From: Octopus sinensis | Lineage: Eukaryota | Assembly: GCF_006345805.1 (NCBI RefSeq) | Contig: NC_042997.1 | Location: forward strand, 86,924,001-86,988,000 | DNA: 64,000 nt | Direction: 5' to 3' | Shown here: one piece after another, positions 63,051-64,000 of the stretch | Layout: every line of letters begins with the position of its first letter | Position numbering within the stretch: the stretch's first letter is position 1 | Made by a program: the position numbers and the translations under genes | The notes under the pieces: generated by a model | Seen by the model: the letters and a program-made list of their open reading frames with translations, nothing else | The model's database searches: none | What the model was told of the DNA's origin: nothing

Positions 63051-63103
63051 TAGGATAAGATCGTTATTTAAATATCGATCTTATCAAGTGGCCAGCATGG
63101 CAA

Positions 63104-63589
63104 TAGGGTACCCCAGAATTAACTATCTATTTTAGTGAAAACGGACAACTCACTTTTATTTATGTTTATCATGTTTAATATGTGCTGAAAGTATGAATTT
63201 TAAATTTTGTTTATGATTTTATAATTTTTAATTATTTTATTTCCATTCCTATTGGACCCCGCATATCTGTCCACAATAGCGTTTTTCCAATTTGGCTACA
63301 ATCATTTTCTCCATATCCTAGGATGGAGCAATAGTTTAGTAGAACTTAAAGAATGCATTCAGTTAGCAGTGCAGATAACTGAATGCATTCTCCTCAAATG
63401 CACTAAGAATATTTTTGAAATTTTCAGGGATACAGACACGTGCTGAAAATTTTCTATAAAGTTTTGACGTAGGATTTTATAAATCTATTTGTTTTGATAT
63501 CATAATTAAGTAATAAACATACAATTCTGACATTTAAAAAAAATTTGCCCGATTTAATTGAAATAGAGAGTTAACTCTGGAACAGCCTA
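63104..63589. mobile_element. About 485-bp MITE
   Basis: ccagaattaactatctatttt...cggacaa versus reverse complement of right end ccagagttaactctctatttc...cgggcaa. Confidence 0.65.
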
Positions 63590-64000
63590 CATATATAGTT
63601 AATATTATATATACATAGTTTGCTTATATACACACACATACACAAACATATAATGAGAGATAAAGAGATAGATATATGTATGTACTTGTGTGCGTGTATG
63701 TTTATATATATATATAAAGATGAGCTTATGTGTGTGTCTGTAAGTCTGTGTGTCTGTCTATCTTTGTGCGAGCCCAGAGCAATCTCTTATCTCTTCAACT
63801 ACTTCAGTATTACATATCAAAAGTGAAACAATAATATCTCTCTACTGTAATGTCAGATAATTTCATTTTAATAGTTTCACTATTAATACTGAAACTATTA
63901 AAGTGAAACTATTATTTCGCATATATACAGGCATACATACATAGATACATAGATACATAGATACATATATACATACATACATACATACATACATACATAC

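Overview
Gene-free, repeat-saturated eukaryotic genomic DNA, very AT-rich and dense in microsatellites. The SINE families and repeat landscape suggest a coleoid cephalopod such as Octopus (inference, not verified). I found no supportable host protein-coding exon, tRNA, rRNA or CRISPR array; most ORF-track entries are translations of (CA)n, (TA)n, (CATA)n or (GTN)n repeats. The window is a layered mobile-element record. It contains: a full-length Chapaev3-like DNA transposon with TIRs, TTA target duplication and 488 open codons; a full-length decayed mariner (DD34D); a maT (DD37D); a Tc1 (DD34E); hAT, pogo and Helitron remnants; LINE fragments of the R4/Dong, RTE, CR1 and L1/Tx1 clades; three tRNA-head SINE families; and several MITE or foldback palindromes. 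There is a 100-N assembly gap at 61000-61099. The most interesting signal is a set of four type I hammerhead-ribozyme motifs from three Penelope-like families. Two of them form a tandem pair 419 nt apart, which could release a retrozyme-like unit RNA. Coordinates of decayed elements are approximate; all alignments were done by eye.
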